A stretch of 64,000 nt of DNA, from contig OY781945.1 of NCBI GenBank assembly GCA_963677435.1, forward strand, positions 2,752,001 to 2,816,000. The letters are read 5' to 3'. Shown here piece after piece: positions 39,110 to 48,721 of the stretch. The notes under the pieces were generated by a model. That model did not search any database. It had not been told where the DNA came from and was given only the letters and a program-made list of their open reading frames with translations. Position numbers and translations under genes: made by a program. The first letter of the stretch is position 1. Every line of letters starts with the position of its first letter. This DNA comes from an uncultured Aliarcobacter sp. (GTDB lineage: Bacteria; Campylobacterota; Campylobacteria; Campylobacterales; Arcobacteraceae).

Positions 39110-41383
39110 CTAAAATTTATAACTATATGTTAATAAACCAGATCTAGCTGCACCTGGTGTGTATCTAAATCCATCTTTGTTTGTATTTGCAACATACTCT
39201 TCATCAGCTAAATTATAAACATTTAATTGTAATGAAGAATGTTTATCAATTTTATATGAAGCCATTGCATCAAATACTATATAATCATCAATTTTTGTTA
39301 ATCTTCCATCAACTGGAGTTGTTTGTCCTGACTTAGTAGAAGAAACATTTTGTTCTCCCATATAAGTAGCTCCTAAACCAAGAGTAAATGCAGGTGTAAA
39401 GCTGTAAGTTGTCCACATAGTTGCACTCCAATCAGGTGTAAATCTTAAAGCAGCGCCATCATCAGTACCTCCTTTACTTTTTACATCTGTTTTATCTTTT
39501 GAAATTCCAGCTGTGATTGCTAACTTATCAGTTACTTGTCCAACTACACCTAATTCTATTCCTTTTACTTCTTTTTCACCCTCTTGAGTATAAGTTCCAT
39601 CACTTTCAGCTGTTACTTGATTTGATACTAAAGTTCTATAAATAGCTGATGTAAATGCAATTCTATCATCTAAGAAATTCCATTTTGTTCCTAACTCAGT
39701 TGTTGTAGATTCTTCTGGATCTTTATCTGGATTATCAATATTACTTGCACTTGTTGAGTAGCTAAGTGTATTTCCACCTGGCTGTAATTGTGAAGTTGCA
39801 TGTGAAATATATATACTTCCATTTTCAACTGGTTTATAAACTAACCCTGCTTTCCAACTTTTTAGTGTTCCACTCTCTTTTTCATCTACAAGAGAAGTAG
39901 TTGTAACTCCAGTAGTTCTTGAAGTTGATGTATTTGTACCACTTTGTTTTAATTCATATCTATCAACTCTTCCTCCACCAATAAGCATAAACTTATCATT
40001 TAAAGAAATAGAATCAAATAAATATGCACCAGCTGTTACAACTTCACCTTTTAGATTTTTAGGTCCCATTGATAAATCTACTCCAGATATTGATGCATTA
40101 TAATTTGGATTATAAACACTGATTCTATCTCCATCTCCTGCACTTTTATAGGCTTTTGAAGTTTTTGTCTCTTTTATTAATTCTAATCCCGTACTAATAC
40201 TATGAGTTGCGAAACCTGTTGCAAAACTTGATGAAAGATTTGTTTTATTTACTAAAACTTCATTCTCTTCCCATTTTTGATTTGTCATTCTTTGATAAGT
40301 CCAAGTACTTGAATCAGAAGGAGTTGCAAATACATTTGCAGCACTGTCAAATCTTAAAGCTTTTGTTAACATTTCTTGTTTTGTTTTTGTATATTTTGTA
40401 ACATTACTAAGTGTTGTTACAGGAGAAAAATCGTGTTCAAAAATTAAACTATAAACATCAGATGTTGCTTTTTCAAAATCAGAACTACTTCCATAAAAAT
40501 TTTTTGTATCAACTTTATTTGGGCTAATACCAGCAGCAGATAATGTTGAAAATGGCACATTATCCAATCCAATAGTTGGAATTCCTCCATCAGGAATATC
40601 ATCTTGTTCAAATCTTTCATAATTAATTGTAGTTCTAGTATCTGTACCAATTCCGAAACCTAATGAACCAGCAATTCCTGTTCTATCTATTTCAACAACA
40701 TCACGACCAGCTACATCACCTTCATGTTTCATAACATTTAATCTAAAACCAACCGTTTCAGATATTTTTTTGTTTAAATCAGCTGTAAGTCTTGCATTTT
40801 CACCTGTTCCATATGATGCTGTTACTTCACCTTCATCTTTATTTGTTGCCATTTTAGTTACTTGATTAATATATCCAGAAGAAACACCTCTTCCATTATC
40901 AGCACCAACTGCACCTTTTGTCACTTCAACAGCTTGAGTATTAAACATATCTTTTACAGAGTTTGAACTGTCTCTAACTCCATCTTTATAAATACTTGAT
41001 TGAGTATCAAAACCTCTCATCATAATATTATTTTTCAAGTCAGTGTTACCATTCTCACCCAAGTTTAAAGTAATTCCAGGAGTATTTCTTAAAGCTTCTT
41101 GTAGTGTTGTTGCTTGTTGCTCTTTTAATACTTTTTCTGTGATTACTTGTATAGTTTGTGGTGTATCAACTAAATCTTGTGTAATTTTTGCAGATGAAGA
41201 TTTATTTACTTTATAACTATTTGAATAATCTAAATCATCAACTTCAACAACATCAACTTTTTGTAAAACCGTTGATTCAGCTTGTAAAATAATTGGTGAT
41301 GTTAACAATACAGTTGCAGTTACAACAGATGCACCTAAATAATTTGCAGTTTTATGTTTCTTACTTGTAATATATTTATTCAA
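39110..41383 (-). CDS. TonB-dependent catecholate siderophore receptor (Fiu/PiuA-like)
   Basis: DTPQTIQVI, ALRNTPGIT, MRGFD, DGVRD; adjacent piuC-like gene; C-terminal F. Confidence 0.9.
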   Translation of the reverse strand: MNKYITSKKHKTANYLGASVVTATVLLTSPIILQAESTVLQKVDVVEVDDLDYSNSYKVNKSSSAKITQDLVDTPQTIQVITEKVLKEQQATTLQEALRNTPGITLNLGENGNTDLKNNIMMRGFDTQSSIYKDGVRDSSNSVKDMFNTQAVEVTKGAVGADNGRGVSSGYINQVTKMATNKDEGEVTASYGTGENARLTADLNKKISETVGFRLNVMKHEGDVAGRDVVEIDRTGIAGSLGFGIGTDTRTTINYERFEQDDIPDGGIPTIGLDNVPFSTLSAAGISPNKVDTKNFYGSSSDFEKATSDVYSLIFEHDFSPVTTLSNVTKYTKTKQEMLTKALRFDSAANVFATPSDSSTWTYQRMTNQKWEENEVLVNKTNLSSSFATGFATHSISTGLELIKETKTSKAYKSAGDGDRISVYNPNYNASISGVDLSMGPKNLKGEVVTAGAYLFDSISLNDKFMLIGGGRVDRYELKQSGTNTSTSRTTGVTTTSLVDEKESGTLKSWKAGLVYKPVENGSIYISHATSQLQPGGNTLSYSTSASNIDNPDKDPEESTTTELGTKWNFLDDRIAFTSAIYRTLVSNQVTAESDGTYTQEGEKEVKGIELGVVGQVTDKLAITAGISKDKTDVKSKGGTDDGAALRFTPDWSATMWTTYSFTPAFTLGLGATYMGEQNVSSTKSGQTTPVDGRLTKIDDYIVFDAMASYKIDKHSSLQLNVYNLADEEYVANTNKDGFRYTPGAARSGLLTYSYKF

Positions 41384-41478
41384 TTTTATTCCTCCATGGA
41401 AAGTTTTATGATTATTAAATAAATTTATTTATTTAATACCAGCTGTCTCTAAAGTAAATTTATTACTTAACTTTAAAA

Positions 41479-41520
41479 TTGGCTGGCTATTTGTAGGAGA
41501 ACTTTACTATGGCTGGCTAG
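41479..41520 (-). promoter_or_regulatory. Conserved 5'-leader direct-repeat element, copy 2 (candidate HmuP-responsive element)
   Basis: TGGCTGGCTA at 41480 and 41510, immediately downstream of the hemP stop codon. Confidence 0.7.
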
Positions 41521-41532
41521 ATTTATTTGTAA

Positions 41533-41685
41533 TTATTTTGTCAGTATTAATTTATTCGCTTTTGTGATTTTTAGATAATAAGATTGCCCATCATGAATGA
41601 TTTCAATAGTTTTTTCATTATCAAAAATCTCTTTTGAATCTAATTGTTTATCTTTATTTTCTTTCACTTTAATACCTATTTTCAT
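41533..41685 (-). CDS. hemP: Hemin uptake regulator HemP/HmuP (50 aa, absent from the ORF track)
   Basis: Manual translation MKIGIKVKENKDKQLDSKEIFDNEKTIEIIHDGQSYYLKITKANKLILTK, with the family hallmark HxGxxYxLxIT...KLILTK C-terminus. Confidence 0.9.
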   Translation of the reverse strand: MKIGIKVKENKDKQLDSKEIFDNEKTIEIIHDGQSYYLKITKANKLILTK

Positions 41686-41766
41686 TTATCCCATTAATAA
41701 AATTGAATTTTTATTAATGAAAGATTAATGGGATATTAACGCAAGAAATCTTAAATATAAATTAAA

Positions 41767-41785
41767 ATTGATAATCGTTATTAAA
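41767..41785. promoter_or_regulatory. Fur box upstream of the hemP-receptor operon
   Basis: ATTGATAATCGTTATTAAA. Confidence 0.7.
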
Positions 41786-41846
41786 ATAATCTAAGTATAA
41801 AGTTCTATAATACATATAAAACCAATACTTAAATCATAAAAGAATT

Positions 41847-42338
41847 TTACGTATGTAGGTGAGAATCTTTTAATTGCAGTAAAATTTTATTACTATTTTT
41901 AGCACTAAAATAAATAGTTAATAGAAGTAAGATGAAGCCAATTATAAATAATGACAAAGTAAGAGAGTCAAACTCCTCTTCTTCATGTTCAGCTTTTGTT
42001 AACTTTTCTATCACTTGTGGTTTTATTGTTGATTTATCAAAAATTGCACTATTTAATGAAATTCCCTCTTTTACCACTTTTTCTCCAGGACCTGCATCTA
42101 AAACTATTTGATAAGGTTCATTTGGAATTGAAATTGTTAATTGACTCTTTTGGGGCAATCTTTGTTTAAATAAAACTTCGCCTGTTTTTAATGATTCAAA
42201 TTTTATCATTGCTCCAGGAATTGTCTCTCCACCTATTACAGTTACTGTATTATCTTTATTATCAACAACATTCATCATAATTTCATGGGCATAAATATAT
42301 GAACTAATTAAAAGAAATATATATATAATTTTTTTCAT
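41847..42338 (-). CDS. Exported protein with C-terminal TM anchor, accessory to PepSY_TM
   Basis: Signal peptide ending IYA-H, DAGPG motif, C-terminal hydrophobic helix; similar layout to 52921-53325. Confidence 0.7.
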   Translation of the reverse strand: MKKIIYIFLLISSYIYAHEIMMNVVDNKDNTVTVIGGETIPGAMIKFESLKTGEVLFKQRLPQKSQLTISIPNEPYQIVLDAGPGEKVVKEGISLNSAIFDKSTIKPQVIEKLTKAEHEEEEFDSLTLSLFIIGFILLLLTIYFSAKNSNKILLQLKDSHLHT

Positions 42339-42350
42339 AAGAATCCTTTT

Positions 42351-43928
42351 TTATAAATTTTTTGTCCAAAATTTTTGAACATCAACTCTTTTTTGTGGTA
42401 ATTTAATAGCCGCCAAAATAAGTAAACTTCCAAAAATAAACAGACCAATATCAACACTTAAAATACTTGTCATATCATTTGTATATAACTTTATAGGTGA
42501 AAATCCACTATTGTAAAAGTGAATTAGGGGACTTAAAATAAATAAAATCCCACCTAAGATTAAAAACTCTTTTGCAGCTTGATAAGAGTTTAATCTATAA
42601 AATGACCAAGTTAAAGTGGATAACCATAAAAGAGCAAAAAGTCCTTTTTGTAATACAACTCTATTTTCCATATCAAAAGGCAAAAGCCATTGAAGAAAAA
42701 ACAATAATCCAGTTGCAGGAATAACTCCTATCATTACACTTAATGATAATTTACCCATCCATTGATAAACAGGTACTCCCTCAGGTATTTTTCTGGCTTT
42801 TTTTTCTAGCCATAATAAAACACCAAAACCTAAAGCAAAAGTTGAGATACTCATAATTGTTGCTATTAAAAGTCGAGTAAAAGTATCAACTCCAAATAAA
42901 AAGTGTAAGAAAAATACACTATCATAAAATAATCCACTCCAATGTTTGTCCATTACTTTTTGTTGAGATATTAATCTTCCATCAACTCCACTTAAAGTTA
43001 CACTTGGTTTATTTGAAATACCATTTAAAAATGGCATATAAGGATTATATCCCTCAAATTTTGCAATGGCACTTGTATCTTGCCAGTTAATAATTTTCAC
43101 CCTTTGAAAATCAATATTAGGATTTATATCTTTTGCTTTTTTTAATAATTCATTTATTGCAAGCATCGGGACATTATCATTTTTCTTTTCAAGTCTAGGC
43201 TCACTTGGAAATAAAATTGGTCCTGACAAAGCAAATACACTAAAGGTTTGCCCCTTTGAAGCTAAATATGCCATGGGAGCTGAACCACTGTATCCAATAT
43301 TCATAAAAGCACCTGTAAGAGTGATAATAATAAAAGGTGGAAAAACCCAAGTAAATATTTTTCTATGCCATTTTGAGAATTTTCCACTTGTTGTTTTAGT
43401 ACTATTTTTATATTTAATTTTTATAATTAAAATTACTCCACCAATAACTAAAAACATTCCTGCAAGTGCTGTAAAACCGAAAAGCATATAACCAAAATTT
43501 TTAAATGGTCTTCCATAATGCATATGATTTAAAAATTTAGCCAATTGAGATAATTCATCTTCATTTTCAACTTCTTGGTTTGTATTTGGATTAAAAACTT
43601 TTGTTTTTACAAAATCTGTTGAGATTTTTAGTGCTGGATCTTCCATATACCCTGGCAAAATAATTTCAATAGGATTAATTTTTGGATAATCTGGATTTGA
43701 TAAAACAGGATCTATCATAGAGCTATAATTTATGCTTGTAATATCTGCTGTTTTAAAGTGACGTGATGGTTTTTCCCATACTTGAATATAAGGAAGTAAA
43801 ATTGCAAATATTCCAAAAAATACAGCCACATACATGAGTAAAGAAAAACTTATACCTATTGATACATGTACTCTTTGCAGTCTTTGAGTTAATAGTTTAT
43901 TTGATTCTTTTTCTAAATTTTCGTTCAT
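42351..43928 (-). CDS. PepSY-associated TM helix protein
   Basis: Histidines in RVHVS, HMHYG, KWHRK and FLHF; many TM helices. Confidence 0.88.
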   Translation of the reverse strand: MNENLEKESNKLLTQRLQRVHVSIGISFSLLMYVAVFFGIFAILLPYIQVWEKPSRHFKTADITSINYSSMIDPVLSNPDYPKINPIEIILPGYMEDPALKISTDFVKTKVFNPNTNQEVENEDELSQLAKFLNHMHYGRPFKNFGYMLFGFTALAGMFLVIGGVILIIKIKYKNSTKTTSGKFSKWHRKIFTWVFPPFIIITLTGAFMNIGYSGSAPMAYLASKGQTFSVFALSGPILFPSEPRLEKKNDNVPMLAINELLKKAKDINPNIDFQRVKIINWQDTSAIAKFEGYNPYMPFLNGISNKPSVTLSGVDGRLISQQKVMDKHWSGLFYDSVFFLHFLFGVDTFTRLLIATIMSISTFALGFGVLLWLEKKARKIPEGVPVYQWMGKLSLSVMIGVIPATGLLFFLQWLLPFDMENRVVLQKGLFALLWLSTLTWSFYRLNSYQAAKEFLILGGILFILSPLIHFYNSGFSPIKLYTNDMTSILSVDIGLFIFGSLLILAAIKLPQKRVDVQKFWTKNL

Positions 43929-43936
43929 TTTTTACC

Positions 43937-44242
43937 TTAAATATTATATAAAATAGCTATTAAAATTGTAATTATTAAAGTGGGAATTACAACTCTCAAT
44001 ATTGCACTTAATTTTGTAGGAGAAACACTTATCCACAAAGCTATCATTGCCCAAGCCATGGTATTAAAAAGTAATGGAACAATTATAGATTCACCAGGCT
44101 TCCCAGGAATTATATAAATTAGTAAAGTCATTGCAAGATAAGCTACAAGTAATCCTCCAAAAATAGCACAGAGAACTCTAAGTAATCCTATTTTTTTTCC
44201 AGATTGTTCTGGGGTTGATAAAGTTTTTATTAAATTTTTCAT
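43937..44242 (-). CDS. Small three-TM iron-uptake accessory membrane protein
   Basis: RVLCAIFGG N-terminus, hydrophobic throughout; lies between receptor and PepSY_TM genes. Confidence 0.75.
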   Translation of the reverse strand: MKNLIKTLSTPEQSGKKIGLLRVLCAIFGGLLVAYLAMTLLIYIIPGKPGESIIVPLLFNTMAWAMIALWISVSPTKLSAILRVVIPTLIITILIAILYNI

Positions 44243-44348
44243 TTTTTCCTTCTAAAAAAGATTAAGGTGTATTTCTTAATTTACTATAAATATATTGGAT
44301 ATCCTAAAAAATATTTAAAGTATACTTTTATCAATTTTTGTAGAAGAA

Positions 44349-44367
44349 AGAGACTAAAATAGTCTCT
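44349..44367. terminator. Hairpin downstream of the receptor gene
   Basis: AGAGACTA-AAA-TAGTCTCT followed by a U-rich tract on the minus strand. Confidence 0.55.
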
Positions 44368-44375
44368 CTCTTTAT

Positions 44376-46499
44376 TTAGAAAGTATATCTCATAGTAAGT
44401 GTTGCATTTCGTGGATCACCATAAACCATTGCATTTGCACCAATTCCAGAATAATATTCTTTGTCAAAAATATTTTTAATATTCAACTGAATATCTGTAT
44501 TTTTTGTTATCTCATATCCAAACATAACATCAGCAGTAATATAAGCATCTTGTGTAATTTCAGAACTATTAGTTCCTGTATAAATTTTACTTTTATAATT
44601 TAACCCTAATCCAGCTCTATAATCATTTATTTTATATTTTGCAAATATATTTGCTGTTGTTCTTGAAGCTTTAGTATTAAATTTCTCACCATCAGCATCT
44701 TTTGCTTCAAAATTTGATAACCCAAAATTTAAACTAAAATTATCTGTTATTTGTCCTGATACATCCACCTCAAAACCTTTACTTGTAACTCCATCAGCAG
44801 CAACACTTGCAACAGTTGTTGTTCCTTTTACAAATGCTCCTGAGGGATCATCTTCTCCAACATTATCTTGTTCAATTCTAAATATTGATAATGAAGTATT
44901 TAATGCTTTATCAAAATATTCACCTTTTACACCTACTTCATAATTATTTCCCTCAATTGGGTCTAGATATTTTCCATCAATAGTTTTTTTATCTTGAGGT
45001 TTAAAAATACTTGTGTAACTTGCATAAAGAGAATGATTTTCATCTAAATCATAAACTAATCCCACATAAGGAGTTAATTCATTATCAAATTTTCTAGTTT
45101 GTTTTGATGAATCATCACTTGTATATTCCCAACTAGAAACTCTAGCTCCCATAATTAATTTTAAATCTTCTGTTAATAAAAATTTATTTGCTAAATAAAT
45201 TGCCTTTTGCTCTATCTGTTCAGGTTGTAAAGAATAAGGTACATCTGAACTTGAAGCACTTGGTAGTGATAAATTATAATTATAGAAATTTGTTAAAGTT
45301 GTGTAATATCCATTTGGATATCGTGCTTCATATTCTGTTGTTTTATCTAAATTATAAGATGCTCCAATAATAAACTCATGTTCTTTTTTATTAAAATCAT
45401 ATGGAATATTTACATATACATCAACATTGTGTTGTTGTTTTTGCTGTGCTCCTTCCCAATCCATATATTGTAAACCACTTCCATCAGCTTTATTAACTTT
45501 TCCTTTAAAATAAAGTAGTGCAGTATCTGTATTTACTTCATCAAAAGAATAACCAAGATTTAAACTAATATCTTTATAAATAAATTGTTTTAAATCTGCA
45601 AAAATAGATTTTACTTCTGTATCCCAATATGTCCAATCTTCGCTAACAGTTTGCGATCTACTAAAATCAGTTCTAGATCCATCACTATAAAAAGCTGGTA
45701 ATCCACCCCATCTAATGCCATCTTTATTCAACTTTTGGTAAGAAATCCCTGTTGATAAATATGTAGTATCACTTAAATCAGCATCAATTACTCCATAAAA
45801 TAGATTATTTTCTTTTTTGTAATTATCCATATAAGAGTTTTCTTGTTCATGTTTTAAGACTATTCTTCCTCTTACACTGCCACTTTCATTTAGTGCAGAA
45901 CTTACATCTGCAACTGTCCCATAAGAATCCCATGAGCCTACATTTGCTGAAATATTTCCATTTAATTCTTTACTATTTGCTCTTTTTCTAACTAAATTAA
46001 TACTCATTGCTGGATTTCCAGAACCTGTTGTTAAACCATTTGCACCTTTTACAATTTCAACCCTATCATAAATAGCTAAATCAAGATCTCTATCACTCAC
46101 AGTAATATAACTTGGCATGCCATCTATTTTATAGTAATCTATTTCAAAACCTCTAGCACTTGGATTTACTCGTTCATCCCATCTAGTAAGAGAAACACCT
46201 GTTACATTTTCTAACATTTCTTGATATGAAGTAGTATTTCTATCTTTTAAGTATTCACTTGTTAATACAGTTATAGATTGAGGGGTTTGCCTAGGTGATA
46301 AATCTAATTTAGTAGAAGTATTCATACTCTTTGTTGTATATGAACCTGTTCCTTCAGTTATATTATCAAGAATATTACTCTCTTCTGCAACTTTTATTTC
46401 TTCAAGAATAGTAGCTTTTTCCTCAGCTAAAAGTTGAGCACTTAAAATCATTGATACACAAATAGATAATGGAATTATCTTTTTTGTTAAATATAGCAT
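44376..46499 (-). CDS. TonB-dependent siderophore receptor (FhuE/FpvA-like)
   Basis: TEGTGSYT, LSPRQTPQSITV, DLAIYDRVEIVKGANGL, YGDPRN and C-terminal F. Confidence 0.92.
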   Translation of the reverse strand: MLYLTKKIIPLSICVSMILSAQLLAEEKATILEEIKVAEESNILDNITEGTGSYTTKSMNTSTKLDLSPRQTPQSITVLTSEYLKDRNTTSYQEMLENVTGVSLTRWDERVNPSARGFEIDYYKIDGMPSYITVSDRDLDLAIYDRVEIVKGANGLTTGSGNPAMSINLVRKRANSKELNGNISANVGSWDSYGTVADVSSALNESGSVRGRIVLKHEQENSYMDNYKKENNLFYGVIDADLSDTTYLSTGISYQKLNKDGIRWGGLPAFYSDGSRTDFSRSQTVSEDWTYWDTEVKSIFADLKQFIYKDISLNLGYSFDEVNTDTALLYFKGKVNKADGSGLQYMDWEGAQQKQQHNVDVYVNIPYDFNKKEHEFIIGASYNLDKTTEYEARYPNGYYTTLTNFYNYNLSLPSASSSDVPYSLQPEQIEQKAIYLANKFLLTEDLKLIMGARVSSWEYTSDDSSKQTRKFDNELTPYVGLVYDLDENHSLYASYTSIFKPQDKKTIDGKYLDPIEGNNYEVGVKGEYFDKALNTSLSIFRIEQDNVGEDDPSGAFVKGTTTVASVAADGVTSKGFEVDVSGQITDNFSLNFGLSNFEAKDADGEKFNTKASRTTANIFAKYKINDYRAGLGLNYKSKIYTGTNSSEITQDAYITADVMFGYEITKNTDIQLNIKNIFDKEYYSGIGANAMVYGDPRNATLTMRYTF

Positions 46500-46522
46500 T
46501 TTTGTTTCCTTGTATTTATAAT

Positions 46523-46541
46523 TTTGATAATTGATATCATT
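46523..46541. promoter_or_regulatory. Fur box
   Basis: TTTGATAATTGATATCATT, near consensus, just upstream of the receptor RBS. Confidence 0.75.
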
Positions 46542-46714
46542 AATAAAAATGCTATTCTTTCTTTTTTTTACTTAATACTTTCTAATCAAGATAGCACTCA
46601 TGACAAATAAAAATCTTTTTATTAAACTAAAAAGCCATTTTCTAGCCATTTTTTTTATATAGAATTTCTTAGAAATTTAAAAAATTTCATTCTAAATTAA
46701 GTTGAGATACAAAT

Positions 46715-47251
46715 ATGAAACTAAAAATGAGAGAGATTTGTTACTATTTTTGTAAAGATTTTACCGCAATTCAAACTGCAGATAAACTAAACTTGAGTAG
46801 ACAAACAATAAATTATTATTACAAAATGATTAGAGATTTTATTACTTATGAGTCATATATATTAGATAAGAAAATATTTTGTGTTGAATATATAAAGATT
46901 CAAAATAGATACTTTTTTTATATTAATTCAAACAATACAATACATTTAATAGAGGAAAATTTAAAAGATTTAACAAAACTCAGTCTTTTTATAAAAGAGC
47001 ATGTTGAAAAGAATCTTATAAATAATTCCAAAAAAAATGCTGTTCGTATTGTCTATAATAAAAATACAAAAAATTTTACAATCTTAGGTTATTACACTTC
47101 ACCAAATAATTTACAAGATTTTATCAATCATCGTTTGAAAAAGTTTAGAGGAATAAAAAAAGAGAATTTACAAAGCCATATCAAAGAGTCATTTTTTAGA
47201 TTTAATAACTCTTTTGATGAATTAAATAAAAAAGTATCAGTATATTTTTAG
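46715..47251 (+). CDS. IS1595/IS1016 transposase-derived protein lacking the DDE core
   Basis: N-terminal HTH (TAIQTADKLNLSRQTINYYY) and C-terminal RLKKFRGI...HIKESFFRFNN resemble IS1595 transposase ends; no DESYFG, RGRG or IExFW motif. Confidence 0.6.
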   Translation: MKLKMREICYYFCKDFTAIQTADKLNLSRQTINYYYKMIRDFITYESYILDKKIFCVEYIKIQNRYFFYINSNNTIHLIEENLKDLTKLSLFIKEHVEKNLINNSKKNAVRIVYNKNTKNFTILGYYTSPNNLQDFINHRLKKFRGIKKENLQSHIKESFFRFNNSFDELNKKVSVYF

Positions 47252-47270
47252 TCTAATAATATATGAAAAA

Positions 47271-47612
47271 TTAGTTTTTATTAACTCTTTTTTTATGGAT
47301 TTCTCCCCAAAGATATAGTTGTTTTATTATAGGTTTTAGAGTTTCTCCATATTTTGTCAAAGAGTATTCTACCTTTGGAGGAACTACTGGATAAACTTCT
47401 CTGTGAATAATTCCATCTTCTTCTAGCTCTCTTAATTTTTGAATTAGCATCTTTTGAGTTGTTCTTGGAAGAAGTTTTTGAAGTTCATTAAATCTTTTTG
47501 TTTCACTTCGCAAGTACCATAAAATAAGTATCTTCCACTTTCCTGCAAGTACATCTAAGGCTGTTTCAACTGGACATTTTTCTACTTTTAAATCTTCATC
47601 ATTTTCACTCAT
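47271..47612 (-). CDS. HxlR-family (MarR/DUF24) regulator
   Basis: [32 protein letters not shown]. Confidence 0.93.
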   Translation of the reverse strand: MSENDEDLKVEKCPVETALDVLAGKWKILILWYLRSETKRFNELQKLLPRTTQKMLIQKLRELEEDGIIHREVYPVVPPKVEYSLTKYGETLKPIIKQLYLWGEIHKKRVNKN

Positions 47613-47624
47613 TTGTTTCCTTTA

Positions 47625-47640
47625 GTATCTTTTTAGATAG
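47625..47640. promoter_or_regulatory. Putative HxlR/HypR-type operator
   Basis: GTATC-N6-GATAG imperfect palindrome in the divergent spacer. Confidence 0.5.
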
Positions 47641-47718
47641 TATATATCTTAAAAGTAAGTTCTTGCTATTAAGTATAATTTTAACTAAAATTATACTATA
47701 AGTAAATAAAGGAATAAT

Positions 47719-48696
47719 ATGAAAGCATTTATAGTAGAAAAAATTGAAGACAAAAAATTTATATCAGGTGTAAAAGAAGTTGAAATCCCAACAATACAAG
47801 AGAATGAAGTTTTAATAAAAACTACTTATTCATCTTTAAATTATAAAGATGCATTAAGTTCAGTTGGAAATCCAGGTGTTACAAAAAACTTTCCACATAT
47901 TACAGGAATTGATGTAGCAGGTGTAATTGAAAAGTCAAATTCTGCTGAGTTTAAAGTAGGAGAAAGAGTTTTAGTAACTGGTTATGATATGGGAATGAAC
48001 ACAAATGGTGGACATTGTGAATATGTGAAAGTTCCAGCTTCTTGGGTAGTTAAAATGCCACAAAATATTAGTGACAAAGAAATCATGACTTATGGAACAG
48101 CTGGATTAACAGCTGCTTTAAGTGTAAATGAACTTTTAAAAAATGATATTACAAGTGGAAATGTTTTAGTTACAGGTGCAACTGGTGGAGTGGGAAGTAT
48201 CGCTGTTTCAATCTTAAGTAAATTAGGTTTTAATGTAACTGCAATTTCAGGAAAAGAAGAAAAAATTGATTTTTTAAAATCTATTGGTGCAAGTGAAGTT
48301 ATTTTAAGAAAAGATTTTGATGTAGAAAATAAAAGACCAATGGGAAGTGAAAAGTATGACGCTGTTATTGATACAGTTGGGGGAAATATTTTGGCAGAAG
48401 CCTTAAAATTAATTAAATATGATGGAGTTGCTACTTGTTGTGGATTAACTTCATCTTTTGAATTAAATACTAATGTTTTCCCATTTATCTTAAGAGGTGT
48501 TAGATTAATAGGTATTGATTCTGTTGAGTGTAAAAAAGAGAAAAAAGCAGCAGCTTGGGAAAAAATATCTAATGAGTTCAAAATTAACACTTTAGAAGAA
48601 TTAACAACACAAATAGATTTTGATGGAATAAAAGAGGCTTTTGATTCTTTATTAGCAGGTAAAGCAGTTGGTAGATATTTAGTGAAAATTTCATAA
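47719..48696 (+). CDS. YhdH/AcuI-family NADPH oxidoreductase
   Basis: YSSLNYKDAL, GTAGLTAAL, VTGATGGVGS, PFILRGV, GIDSV. Confidence 0.92.
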   Translation: MKAFIVEKIEDKKFISGVKEVEIPTIQENEVLIKTTYSSLNYKDALSSVGNPGVTKNFPHITGIDVAGVIEKSNSAEFKVGERVLVTGYDMGMNTNGGHCEYVKVPASWVVKMPQNISDKEIMTYGTAGLTAALSVNELLKNDITSGNVLVTGATGGVGSIAVSILSKLGFNVTAISGKEEKIDFLKSIGASEVILRKDFDVENKRPMGSEKYDAVIDTVGGNILAEALKLIKYDGVATCCGLTSSFELNTNVFPFILRGVRLIGIDSVECKKEKKAAAWEKISNEFKINTLEELTTQIDFDGIKEAFDSLLAGKAVGRYLVKIS

Positions 48697-48721
48697 TTAA
48701 TTTACTAAAATAGTTACTATT

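Noticed and set aside
46715..47251. Active IS1595 insertion sequence
   Set aside because: Catalytic motifs are missing, and no terminal inverted repeats or target duplication were recognised.
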